A DNA stretch of 63,415 nucleotides, the filler included, from Folioceros fuciformis (Eukaryota), in NCBI GenBank assembly GCA_049999805.1. It is 8 parts of 8 records of this genome, joined end to end, with 100 filler letters (N's around TTAATTAATTAA, not from the genome) between each part and the next. Parts side by side here need not be neighbours in the genome. Positions count along the whole stretch, not along the records: positions 8,491 to 29,218 come from JBNGIO010003425.1; 7 more parts are not named here. One strand, 5' to 3'. The translations under genes and the position numbers were made by a program. Shown piece by piece: positions 12,512 through 25,739 of the stretch (within the stretch, counting starts at the first letter, position 1; each line of letters starts with the position of its first letter). The notes beneath the pieces are model-generated. The model did not search any database, was not told where the DNA came from, and saw nothing but the letters and a program-made list of their open reading frames with translations.

Positions 12512-13438
12512 CTCCTTTGCTCCAGCTGCTGCTCAACCAAACAACAAAAATGCGGCAACAAGCAGATTCCAATCACACAGCCAGGATCGTCCACATTCGC
12601 AGCGATTTCCCCAAACTGCCAAGAATCCGCTGCCCGTCTTGCCTGTCCCGCTCAAAACTGAAGAGACGGAGAGTTCCCTGTGCGTCCCCCTGTTGAAAAG
12701 GAGCCTCACAGGGGGATATCGAATGGATAAGAAAACCAAAGAGCACCGGTGACGGGTTACAGATATTGTTTCACCGCCGGTCGACGGCCATTGCAATAGG
12801 TTTACAATGTCCAGATTTGATCCCTTACTGTTTGATCTAAGTTTAATCTAAGATAAATTATCTAAACGATAAACACACTTAACTTCATCACGGGAGGCTG
12901 TGAGTTTGTTTCCGCGGTTAAGCGTCCTGGGCATAGGACGATGTCACCTCCAAAACGCCCAAGTACTGTGTTCTAAGTTAGAAAGAGAAACAGGATCGAG
13001 CATTGGCGATACAGAATTCGATGATATAGATATTAGGCGTCTTGATTTCCACCAATTTGCACATAGACGATGCAGACGGAAATATGAAACCTTCTCTCCC
13101 CAGAGAGGCTTGAACAAATAAGAGAGGGCAGACGGCGGGAAGGGAAAGGACTTGTCCACCTACGGAAGGCGCACAAGCCAAAAAGGCGCACCAAATACTA
13201 AGAACTACAGCGGCAAACCTGAAGGCGCAAAAGGTCAAAATAGCCGTCCCCATGAGCGAGCCTTCTTGCACACGTCCGACAGACAATCTTTAGAGCAGAA
13301 TTCCATTGCACACTGGCCAAGGTCCACAGTGGACGACCACGTTCTCGTTGAGGCCTCCTCTCCTTCTTGCCAAATCCATGGCGACGGGAAGCCATGGTTA
13401 CTGATTCTGGTGTATGCTTCACTCTTTGTACACCCTGA

Positions 13439-16143
13439 TCACCCCGTCCGCAACCGCTTTACTTCTGTCTCCGGCACACTTGCATCACTTGCCTCAGCAG
13501 CTGAACTTCCCACTGATTCCTCAGTGACCGTGGAGACCTGTGGGAAAGCCTGCGGCTGCATGGACGTCATTCAGTGGTGGAAGGACGATCCTATTGGTTT
13601 CGGTTTGTTCAACGCACACAATCAAACACACCTTCTTCTCTGGAGATTCTCGAACGTTCGCCGTCGTGTGGAGCTTTCTGGAGAGTGTTTTCACCGTTTC
13701 ATCAGGCACCACGGCGTACCTCTCCGAAGGGGAAATCCAGTTCGAGGCTGCCGAGGCCGTGAAAGACATGAGAAAACAACTGGAAGGATTCCAGCCTGGA
13801 CATGAATTGGAAGTAGTGGCACTGACCTTTAGCAGAGTTAGATCGTGAAGTTTCGATTTGCTGACATGCGAGTCCATCTGCACTAAGAGCTTCGATGCGT
13901 TTGGGTATACACCTACATCATCCAACTGAAGATGAGTTCCTGAAACTCTTGCAAGAAAGGCTTGTAATCAAGAATCGCAACCGACCTGTCCAGAACATCT
14001 CCATGTCCTAGCTGACCACTGGTTCCTCGACCCCATGAATAGACATTTCCCCGATCAGAGATGGCGATCGTGTGCCTCCATCCGCATGAGACTTGCACAA
14101 TGTTCTGCGAGTCGAAAGCGGGCTTAGGAGAAGGGAAGTGTATTTGGATTGCATGATCGAGAGCACGCGAGGAGGAAATGGTCCACATACCTGGTCAATC
14201 AGGGACTTGAGGAGTTGCGGGCTATTCTGATCCTCGGTGTTGCCACAACCAACCTGACCAAACTGCACATAAAGCAAGACTGACTGTTTAAAACGATACC
14301 CTGGAAAAGCGTCCCAAGGCCTAAGGGCAACCGATGAGCTGCCATGCTGGAGCAGAAGATGAGCAGGAAGGTATCTCAACACCACAACACCGCTGTACTG
14401 ACCTTGTTCCAGCCCCATCCATAAAGTTTGCCATTCCGGGCAAGTGCGACTGTATGTCTCCATCCTCCTGATATCTGCATGCAAACAAAAAAGTATGAAC
14501 ATTGGAGGCACTCCTCTAAACAGAAGTGCGTCCTTCGGGACTCCCCACACTTGACACAGTTTTCACAACATTTCAAACCTGGGCAATGTGAGTATCTTTT
14601 AGCGCCGCCACTTGATGAGGAATTAGGTGATCCTCGTGATCCCCATGGCCTAACTGTCCGTACTTGCTCCACCCAAAGGTGTACAGGTTCCCAGACTCGG
14701 CCACTGCAATCGTATGTCGCCAGCCGCATGCTACTAGATTCATCTTTACTCCCTGGTAGTTAACACGGCGTGTATCAGACAGCATTCTAACTCAATCCAG
14801 TCAATCAAACAGAGGCCTGATGTAACGACTACAAGACCCAACACACCTTCACAGCTGCTACTTCACCAGGAACAAGGCGATCTGTCCTATCCCCAAGACC
14901 AAGGTTTCCGTATCTGCCCCAACCCCATCCAAAGAGTTTACCACTCTCGGTAACAGCAGCTGTATGCTCTGCTCCTGCGGCCAACATCTTGACGGGTATT
15001 CCCTGCAGAAGAGTGGACCAACATGATTTGGTGCTTGGTCAAGTCAGAATTGTAGATGTAAAAGCTATCTAACATTATGGAAGGCACTTCATGGACGAGT
15101 CGCTGGCAATGCAGAATCGACGGAAGGAGAATCCAACGCACACCTGGAAGGCTAGCACTTTCTGGGGCACAAGGGCATCATCCGTGGTTCCGAGGCCGAG
15201 TTGCCCATTCTGATTGCGACCCCAGCTTCACATGACACCAAGCCTAGAAGTCAGCTCCCCACGAGCAAGGGTCACAAATGATGAAAAAGACTAGCAGTCG
15301 CGAGGCAAGTAATAACCTGTGTACTTCGCCATCTGCAGTGATTGCAAGACAATGGCTGTCCCCGCATGCAATCTGTTTGATGGTTAACCCCTGTAGACCC
15401 TTGATGGGTTGTGGGATGAAAAGATCACTGGAGTTGCCATGACCCAGCCTCCCAAAGTCTCCCCTGGACGTGTAACACCTTGAATAAGTGCATTGTGACT
15501 ATTGAAGGAAAAGCACAAGGGCAAGACCCAAAGACGGATGCTTGCACTCACCAGCCCCAACTCCAAACCGTGGATTGCCTATCAGAACATGCAGTCGTAT
15601 GATCTGCACCACACGTGACAGAAGTGATCTTGCAGTCATTGAGTGCACTTATAATGGTTGGCACATGCCTCTCGGCAGCATCTCCATGCCCCAGCTGCCC
15701 ATCTTCTCCTCGGCCCCAAGCCGCCACAAGATGCCCAGCTGCAGATGGAAGGAAGGACACACATCAGCCTCGGCAAAAACAGCAAAACAGCAAAGCCACT
15801 CGAAACACGAGCGTAAGAATTGCCTCCAGTGGGACGGTGCAACAGGTAAGAAGGGATAAGTGAGATGTGGTGGTCTCGAGGATCGAGGTACCACATTGAG
15901 CTGAGCAACCACCACTCAGCCTGCGGCAGGGGCATCAAGGACTTTGCCACGTTCTAATCCTAGACGAAAGCACAGAGCTGTGCAATCCACACCAGTCCGA
16001 GGAAGAGAGGGAAAGGGAAGCGGAAGACAATTCCAGAACAGCACAGCACAGAAGTTCTGGTGGCCAAGGGCATTACACAAGAGCGCGACGGAATGGCTGG
16101 CTCCAGCTGAAACATACAGGACCTTCCGGGGAGTATCCCCCAT
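13439..16143 (-). CDS. UVR8: UV-B photoreceptor UVR8 (RCC1 repeats), multi-exon
   Basis: [23 protein letters not shown], three GWRHT motifs, C27 motif [14 protein letters not shown], last exon ..[14 protein letters not shown] (stop 13439-13441). Confidence 0.96.
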
Positions 16144-18849
16144 GGCAGTGCACCAACGAGAGCAGGGGTTCCAATCACCAGAGACTAGTAATGGTCACGC
16201 CCCTTCTCAGAAGCGCGGGGCAGGCGACATTTTCCCTCCTTGATCCACGCCGGTGGTGACACAAAATTAAAGGCAGCCTACTCCAGCTCCTCTGCTTCTG
16301 CTCCTACTGCTCCTGCTCCTGCTCCTCCTACTCAGCTAAGGCGGAACCGAACTACCCCGGATAGCCAAGGAGCCGAATCTCATGGCCAGGGAGCTCAGTG
16401 TCAGCAGCACTGGCAGGAAGCGCCACCATTCCAGCCCCGGAACTGAGCCCCGGCGCGGTCCAGCGGCGGTGTTCTACACAGCCTCCACACAAGCGTATGC
16501 GCACGAAGAGACGGTAAGAGGAAGAGCTAGAGAGACATTTGAACAGCGCGGGGAGGGCGAGCTCTGACGGCGAATGCCCTCTGCACCAGTGTTACAGCCT
16601 GCATGGGAGCCCTCATCGAAAGGAGAGCTCGCACTCACGCTTCCTCCGCCTCTCCCTACTCTCTGCCTGAGACGTAAGCTGTGCCTCTCGTCCGCTGTAC
16701 TTCTGCTGTCCGAGGGGCAGGGCACACCAACCCAGCTGCAACCCCTGCTTCGGCTCCGGCTCCAGCTCCGGCTCCAGCTGCACCTCCACCTGCAGCTGCA
16801 ACTTGAGCTCCAAGTCAAGCCAGGCTATGCCAGACCAGGCCAGACCAGACAGACAAAACCAGCCCCCAGGACAGTCCCTATTCCTCCCAAACCAATTCGC
16901 CCTCCCCGATATTTCCCAACCTGCAATCACCTCGCAGCCCGACAGGCGACAAGAAACAGCACCCACCAGCTCTGCCAGCCTAGGCTATTGAAGAGGGAAC
17001 CAGACCAACCCCAGATTATGTGGCCCTCGTCGCCCACTTATCTGTGCCCTCCGAGCCCACTAATCCCTCAGTCAAAGCTCTCACCTTCCCCAAATAAAAT
17101 TCCGTGCCCTCCTTCGCCCGCATACAGTAGTATCTTCTCTCTGCACCTCTGCGGCTGCCGGGACCCAGTCTCCCCTCCTCTCCTCTCCTCTCCTCTCCTC
17201 GCCTCCCCTACCTACTCCACCCCACCACCCGCGTACGCTTGAGCAACCATACATGGCATTACCATCACAATACTACGCGGAACACACATCTATCTGCATG
17301 CAGAGTGGTACAGATCCAACACCTGCTCATTCCATGTGATTGGCGTGTTGCCGGCAATAAAATGTGTGCAGAAGCTGCAGCCATTTCCATTTTCCCTTTC
17401 CCCCTTTCCCCCTCTCCTCGTGTCAGGAAACAAATCTCTCATCAGAAACCGTCTCTCACTCACAGACACTTTGTCGGAAGCAGCCCCACTTGCAGCTGCC
17501 AGTGCGAGTGCCGCCCACCATCTCCGCACCTTCCCGGGCTCCTCATCAACTGCATTAATTATCCGGCAGTAAAACGGCACTACAGTCATCATCACACCTT
17601 TCTTCCTGCCATCCTATGGGCAGCCCTCCCCCGCGCCCAGCCCGGCCCCGCCCCGCCCTGCTCTGCTCTGCTCTGCTCAGATGAGTCTCTGCTTTGGCAG
17701 AAACGGGTGGTCGGAAATGCTCGATTACCACATTATCCACACATAGTGTATAACGCAGAACGGAGGGCATTGGCGGGACGGCGCCTGCGGGCCCGCCCCC
17801 CGTTCCGTCCTCCACCGTCCCTTTGGAACATCCAGTAGAATCTAGGGCCCTGGGGCGGCGTGCCGTTACATTCAGGGTAAGTGCACGGACGAGGGGCGGC
17901 GAAACGGGACGGGGTGGAACGGGGTTGGGCATCTCCACGCGGCGCCCACCGGAGGCTCGCGGCTCGCAGTGAATGCGGCTGGCCAATAATGCAGGGATAA
18001 GTTCCTGTACAGTAGATGGGCGTATGTACGTGATGGAGTATGGTAATAGTATGTACGCAGGCACATATTTTGGAAAGCGGAGCGGGCCCCGGCCATCGGG
18101 CATTGCGCCCGGGGGTCTGGGCCCTGGGACCCGGCAATATACGTATGCACATAGACGTACACGGAGTGCGTCATGGCATGCCGTTAGCGCGGCAATGGAG
18201 TGGCGTATGACATACGCCCGTACTGACTCAAAGGCACGTCTCTTGCAGACAACAACCACGTGACCCGCGACATGGCCACAGCGAATGGAGCCGTGCTGTT
18301 TGCGCTTGCCCACGTGACCTCCCTTCCCGCCTTCCCGCTTCCCGATTAATTGTACCGGCTACCCCTGCCTCTGCTCCTGCTCTCGCGCTTCACCTTGCAG
18401 ATCCTGACATCCAACATTCTTACCCTGCCAGCCTCCGGCTTCACACCGGCCCCGTCGGGTCCCCACCTTCGCTGCTGGCTAGGATTATACGGGAGGAGGT
18501 GAAGCCATGTGGCGGCCTCGTGTGGGGCTGCTTTGTGGCTGCCACTTTTTCTGATGTGACGAGATTCTCTTCTGCCTCTTCAGACTTTACCCATGATTCA
18601 GCCTGTAATCGCGCCTGCCGGAAAGTCATGATCTGCATGCTTAAGGATGGCCACGACATCCGGATGGAGATTCTCAAATTCAAAGCAAGGCAGTCTCGAA
18701 ACCAGCTGCCGGTTTTGGGTCGATTAGGGTCGATGAGGTAACCGTGTAGAGATGGATAAACTGGGTATCAAAGTGAGGCTACGAGTGCCTAGGTAAGGGA
18801 TTGGGATTGGGGGTGGGAGTGCCATGTGTGTGGTGTAGATTCCAGGAGA

Positions 18850-20278
18850 ATGGCCTGCTTCGCTACCACCGTTGCAGGTGCTGCTTCCTCGGGGATCACT
18901 GCCCGTGCGTGGTGGATCTTTGTCCCAGAATCCTACCCCCGATTAGCTTCCCTTCCGAGCAGGCTGCCTCGAGTCAGTTTCAGAACTGGCAAGAGCATGA
19001 AGTTTGCTCTCACTGTCGCTTCTAGCGCCAGGGAAGGTGAATTTGCACGCCGAGGGCGCCCTTCTCTGGCACTCGTCTCTCGTTCTCTTCATTTGTGTTT
19101 CTCTGAGGTATTGTTTCTGCGGCCGCACGTTTCGACTGCGACGTCCTGCTGCTCTTGCCGTCAACTGCATGGCATTGACACTTTTTGGGAGGCAGATTTG
19201 CGTGCAAAACTTGGGGAGGCCAGCGGCAGCAGCGTTGCATGAATTCGTGTCTTCAGCCGTGCTCGGATACTTGGCGGGATATACGCGCGGCCAGCTCGCT
19301 TTGCAGTTAGCTGTTCAGTCTAAAGCATTCTCTTGCTTGCCTGGGTTAATTTCCGGTGTGCTCATGAGGATGACATGTGAAAGAAATCGCGGGGTTTAGC
19401 GTGTGAGGGATTTGAAGTGTATGATCATGATCACAGTATGGAGAGGATGAGGAGTTCAAGCTCTCCACCGAAGGCTACAGACTGACTGCATCTGAAGAAC
19501 ATTACCGCTCACAATGGCTAGATACTGTCTCTTTCTGCTCTCCTTATGTGTTCGTGTTTGTGTTGGGGTTCGGACTTTGGAGTACTTCTCTTTATGCACA
19601 CGCATGATTGTTCTGACATCGGGAATGTGACGAATGTATCCTTCCTTGGCAACAGATTTACTCAACGTTGCAAATCCTGAAAGTTGCAGACAACGAAGCA
19701 TCCAGATCACCCCCCGTAGCTGTTGACCAGCACCTTCGCAGTATAATTCATGTAAGGCCTTCATTCAACACGGGACGGACAAATTGGTAGTAGTAGTATA
19801 CTGCTCAAAGGAAGTTGTTGGCTGTGGTTGAGTTCACTGTACTGCAAAGTACTGAATGCTTTTGGTCCACTCCAATCTTTTTAATGGCCAGCGAACAATT
19901 GAAGGGCAGGCGTCAGATAGTGAACTGGTATGTATGTTTCTTCTGACTCTGTGCGTCGTGCCTTGGGGGATAGATAATAGATAGATAGACGCCGCTGAAG
20001 TGACCGCAACAAGTTAAGTCTCGGTGCTTTGCAGAGCCACCTCCGGTTTGACAGAGGACTTGCCACCAGAGGGGCTTCAGGAGGAGCAATATCCGAGAAG
20101 TCTGTGGTTGCCCCGCAGTGGATACCTGTCACTCAGCTCATTCTTCTCACTCTGAAGGTCACTGTGAATTCATCATATGTTCAACTTTCCGCAATTCCTT
20201 CCCGCCGTACCAGCTGATTGATTCTGTGCACTGCTGGTGTTGCAGGTGACCAAGGAGACGTTGGATCAGCCTACCTAG
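18850..20278 (+). CDS. Putative small 4-exon protein (~145 aa) with plastid transit-peptide-like N-terminus
   Basis: Hand-built phase-consistent GT-AG model: MACFATT..SSARE / DLLNV..SIIH / SHLRF..LLTLK / VTKETLDQPT*. No recognised domain. Confidence 0.35.
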
Positions 20279-20681
20279 TTAGTAATTTCAGCAACACACC
20301 AGCAAGTTTTAGCAAGGTTACTCAGGGTTCTCAGGATTCGCTTCTTTCATTCAGGTGCCAACTATTAATAATATTGAGCATGACATGAAACATTTAGAAA
20401 ATCACATTATTCAAATCTCCCTCCATATAAATTATCGTACAAGTTTTAGTTCATCAGAACAGTATCTGTTAACGTCTAGCTGTACTGTACTGTACAACAA
20501 TGCGCAGTGTTGGCTACAGCTGCAGTAACAAAGCTCTGGTCACAAAGAGGCAGGATTGGGGCTACTAGAATTACACGGAGATAGCATCCGCGCGTAAAGA
20601 ATGGACAGAACCTAAAAACGTTTACTACAGCCTAGTCACTTTCAGCAGGGTTAGTAGAGCAGCAGCCAGTTTGAGCTGTAG

Positions 20682-23240
20682 TCAGGCGGGGTAGCTCAAC
20701 CCGTAGCCGAAGGCGAAGAGCGGGTCGTAGTGCTGGTCACCGAAGTTCATCGGCAGTTGATCTACGGTCTTGAACCAGGTTCTGGGGGTCTTACCAACGA
20801 AGTCATAGTTACCAAAAAGAACATCCGCCACGCCGTAACCAGCTTCGGAGCCAGGTAACCAGGCTGCTATCAAGCTGTCAATGATGGGCAGATATGGCTC
20901 CACCACGAGCGGCCGACCAGAGATGAGAATCACCACGCACTTGACATGCGTGCACACATTGGTGATGGTGTCGGGCCCTGGTGCTGGAATGGTCAGGTTC
21001 AGATTGTCTCCGTAGGTTTCTGCATACGGCTGCTCCCCGACCACCACAATGGCGTAGCTGAAACCTTTGTCAGCTGCGAACGAGGGGTCTGGAGTGGGCT
21101 CGTACACCACCTCGGTTGATGGGGATACCGCCTTCTGGATGCCCTGCAGGATAGTGGTGGCACCTGGGACAAACGAGGTTGATTGGGGGTATGAGATATA
21201 GGAGAGGATGGAAATGGAAGGAAAGGTGGATGATGGGTTGCCGTACCGGTGGTCCAGTTGTTTCCTTCAGCTCCTTGCCAGGTGATCGACCAGCCTCCGC
21301 ATTGCAGACCAACGTCGTTGGCGTGGATGCCTGCCACCAGGATCTTGGGGGCAGCTCTGTCCACCGGCACGAACGGGGGGTCGTTGGCGTTCTTCCCGTT
21401 CTTGAGCAGAACCAGGGATTTGCGGACAGCTTCTCGTGCCAAGTCTCTGTGGGACTGCACATCGTTGTTTGACGCCAAGGTGAGGAATTTGTGAAGAACG
21501 AAAGCAGAGAATAGACATAAGGAGGAAGAAGACACAAGCTTGCGTGTTGGCTTGCTAGTCAGCGTACCTGCTGTCCAAGGTGTCCAGCATACGACCGGTC
21601 TGCGTAAGGCTGCTCGAACAATCCAAGAAGGAATTTCACTCGCAAGATTCTGGTGACGGCATCATCAATTCTCCTGGTGGAAATGAAGCCTTGGTTCACC
21701 AAGTCCGTGAGGGTCGTGATGAAAATGTGATAGTCGAAGGGGACCATGATCTGGCAGCAATAAAGGAGAAGTATTGCTCAGGCGTGTGACGAAATGAGAC
21801 GGGTACGCAAGTCTGCCTGACAGGGTCCCGAAGTGAGTTGTTGAGTTTCAATACTCACCATGTCGATGCCGGCATTGATACCAGAGACGACGGAGTAAGT
21901 GTAATTGGCGTCTTCAGGGGAGGTGATCCTGTCAATTCCCTGCCAGTCGGAGACGACAAAACCCTGCGAAAAGAGAAGACCAGTTGTATACAGGTGAGAA
22001 GTAGCAGGTGGGAGACCGAGTGCACCTAGCTTGGATGTTACCATGCGCACACATGGCTCACCTTGAACCCGAGCTGCTGCTTCAGAACATGGTTGACAAG
22101 GAACCTATTGGCATGCATCTTCTTGCCATTCCAACTGCTGTAGGACACCATAATCGTGGACACGCCTTGGTCCAGGGCGGCGAAGTAGGGTCTCATGTGA
22201 ATATTGATCAGAGACTTGAAGGACACATGGGTGTTGTTCTCGTTGATCCCCTCCGTGGTGCCCCCATCCCCAACATAGTGCTTTGCGCAGGAAGCAATGC
22301 CGTTTCTGAGGGCCACAAAAACCTGCGTGTCAGAGTTGCTGGACTGGAAGTTCTGAATTACTTGAAAGTTCAAGGTGAGGGAGGGGATGTTCAACTTACG
22401 GGGCCCCAACGGCCGGATATCCAGACCGGCTGGCATTGCCCACAGGGTTCGGCAAGCCTTGCAAGCCGCTCACGATTTTGGTGAGCGACTCCACCGTTTT
22501 GGTATCCTCGCTATAGCTCTCGTAGCATCGGCCCCAGCGCGGGTCTCGGCACACAGCGATGCAGGGAGCAAAGACCCAGGGAATGCCGGTCGCCTTCACC
22601 TCCAAGGCGGTGGCCTGGCCGATTCTGTACAGCAGGTCGGGATCCCTGCAACATTTTCCCGCCATTCTTGTCAGACAGACTGCAACAGTGAGACGTCGAG
22701 TGCAGGAACTGGGATCATTACACACCTGGTCGCTCCCAAGCCTACATTGTGCGGAAAGAGTGTGGCGCCAAAGACATTGTTATTCCCGTGCACCGCGTCG
22801 ATGCCGTAGATGTAGGGAATGCCCAGTCTGGTGCTCAAAGCGCCTCTCTGGAAGCTGTCCACCATGTCAGCCCACTCCGAGGCGGAGGCGGTGGCGTGTG
22901 GTGTGCTTCCTCCGCCATTCAACACACTTCCTGCTCAAGCCACCCAATGCGCGCACAATCAGGCACCGCCCCCGTCAAGAATTCAGGCACCCACACTAAT
23001 TCCACACCCACCTATGAAGTTCTCGCGCATCACAGTCTCGTTAGCGACAGAGCGCTCAATTTGCGTCATCTGTCCAATCTTCTCCGCTAACGTCATCCTG
23101 CCCAGAAGGTCTGCAACCCGAACCTCCACCGACTGGGTGGGGTCCTTGTACAACAGAAAGGAATCCTGTGCTCGTACGCTCCACAAATTCCAGCACAGCA
23201 CCATCGCCAGCAGCCACAGAGCAGCCGGCCCATGCCCCAT
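20682..23240 (-). CDS. Secreted GH3 beta-glucosidase / beta-D-glucan exohydrolase, multi-exon
   Basis: Signal peptide; [48 protein letters not shown], nucleophile motif [24 protein letters not shown]. Confidence 0.96.
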
Positions 23241-25739
23241 GTTGCCAAGCTCGCAGCACCCAAATTTTCAGCTTGTACCCGATTTCTGCAAGCGTCAGAC
23301 CAGCATCTGATTCAGCATCACGTAAGCCCACTAACACTCCCGAGCTGCAAGCAGTGGCATAGCGCCACATTGCACACCGGGGGGCCAGTACCTGAGTAAA
23401 GGAGCCTGGAAGCCCAGTTTCGGCGGTGGGAGCGGAGAGAGTGAATCTGTGTCCCAGTAGTCTCCCAGAGGAGGGCCGGAGAGGGGAAAGAGGCAGAAGC
23501 GAAGTGACTGCAAGTCCGGAGATGAGACAGCTTATATGGAGCGTGAACCATCGAGCGGTTCTCGCCTGGCAACACCAACGGGCAGGCCATCGAACTCGTG
23601 AACGCTTGTCCTGACATTCGAACGTCACTCTTGGGTTCCAACAGTACATAGTTACTGGCTGGCTGGGATTCCGGGTTTGATTCCTTTTTCCGACTGGTTC
23701 CGAACCTTTATAGACTGCCGTTCCATGCAGGCCACTCACCCCGGGGCCAGGACCAGCTGCTTGCTTGTTAGGGTTGCAACGGCTCTCTTGCTTCTCTTTG
23801 ATCCCTGCCCATGCAGGCAGGCCTGTATCGTTCTTAGCTTTGCCAACATCTGATACGCCTGCCGTATTTGGGAGCCATGCTTCCTCTTCTACTTAGAAAA
23901 AGCCAAAATGCGGACAGATAGACTGGACCGGCCCACTTGCCATGCATCATGCACGATCCTGTCAACCCTTACATCATGCGTAACCTGTGCAAGCTAGCAC
24001 GGGCAGAGAAGAAACCATTTGCGCACTGCCAGTATGTCAGTTGAATTGACATGGAAATGTCCCTGCGTCCACGATGTTGATTTGGGAAACAATCTACCGT
24101 CCCTTCCCAGTTGTGGCCATATCATTGAAATGCTCTTCCTTTCTCTCTAGGTCACACTGGATCATTCTTCCTGCAGTGGGTTTCAGATCAGCGAGGACTT
24201 CGGGATAGCAAGGGAAGTCATACAACAGGGTTGAAGGAAGGTAGATGTAGCAGCGTTTGTGTCACAGTACTGATGGTTACTAATTCAAACGAGCAGAGCT
24301 CTGCAGACAAAGTATCGGAGCTTTCATAGCCTTCGTAACATTCGAGTCATCGACTTTGAAGCTATCGATAGATTTCATGCAATGGCAATGTGCCTCTAAC
24401 CCAGCCATCCTGTTCCTGTCTGCCGTTATGGCTCTCGTGATATCCTCGGTCTGAAGACTCTGGTCGTAGAGTATCTCCGAATGATGCGTGGTGAGCATGA
24501 TGAAATCGGCTCCTCTTCCAGCCCAGTGTCTCGATTCGAGCACATTCCCGGTGGAGACTCGAATCGATCAGACACGGATTTTCGACTTACAAGCTCACTC
24601 AAGCAAGAACAGGAATGCAAAATGCATGATCCACAATCAACATCTTGACAACTTGCTCTCTCTTCCTCCACGCGTACATACATCGACTGCTGTACAACGA
24701 ATCTACTGCCTAGCCACACTCGGATTGTCCACGCAGGCCACCATCCTGGGGTCCGACCTGAACCAGGTCCACTCGTACTAGATAGAAAGTGACACCCACA
24801 CTCCTTGCGAGTATGTATATTCTAGGCTCTGGAAAACCGCCTCCAGCAAGGGAGTCACATCCTCCTGCCTCACCCCCACTTTCGGGCTTCAGCAGAAACA
24901 TGTGCCCGGGACTTCCAGACTTGATTGTTTGTCCTTTTCTATGTCTTCGGTCACTTCTGGACCGTCAGAAAGAGTGTAATATTCGGCCCACTTCCGTAAG
25001 GTCCCGAATATTCATGACATTCCTATTTGGATTGCAATGCAAGAAAGTGGCATGTCATTCCCAATGTAGTCCTTTACAATGTCGTTCTACATTTCATACA
25101 CTTGAGTCTCGCATGCCACGACACAGGGAGTAGTTGATGAAGTAAGTGTTGAATCAGATGAAACAGGTGGTTTGAGAGAACAGTCCTTCCCAGCAGCAAC
25201 CTTGGTGCCGTGCGCAGGTTGCTCTCTAGAGGCCCGGATGAACCCGCTGTCACAAGCGGTACCCGACACGATGGACCCTGGTGGGAATGGCAGAAAAGTT
25301 GCACTGGGTTTGTCCGTCATCGCGTGAGTTGTAGTGGCGGTATAGGTGCACTGGGTTTATCCGTGCAATAAGTGAACGGAAATATCCACTTCAATGTCAG
25401 GACTTGCTACAGAATTGGTGTAAACAAAAGATGATTTCGTACACATGCGGGTCGTGAATCAACCGCTTTGTCTGTGGACGACATCGCTGGATAACGGCAG
25501 TCAGCTTGCGAGAGCGTTTTGATCATAGTTGGTGGACACCTCCTTCAAGGAATGAAAATGACACGAGCTCAGTCTCCAAAAACCAGTAACCATACGTACT
25601 TCGGCAAGTTGACAGAAGAGAGTACTGAACCCACAACTACAAAAGACAGTGCTGAATTCAGAACTACAGAAAACGGTACTGGACTCAGAAAAGCTACTTA
25701 TCCATGTCAAGCCATCACCATCGTAGCCTGAATAGGGTA

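Noticed and set aside
11270-12752. + strand ORFs of 242 and 238 aa
   Set aside because: Antisense to ATPC.
16574-18313. ORFs of 222, 199 and 252 aa upstream of UVR8
   Set aside because: Simple-repeat, GC-rich promoter/leader sequence with no domain signal.
8530-23240. LAX-ATPC-UVR8-GH3 as a light/auxin gene cluster
   Set aside because: No shared pathway or regulatory evidence; adjacency is expected in a compact genome.
25610-25630. TGACAGAAGAGAGT, matching the first 14 nt of miR156
   Set aside because: 3' end diverges and I see no complementary star arm or hairpin nearby.
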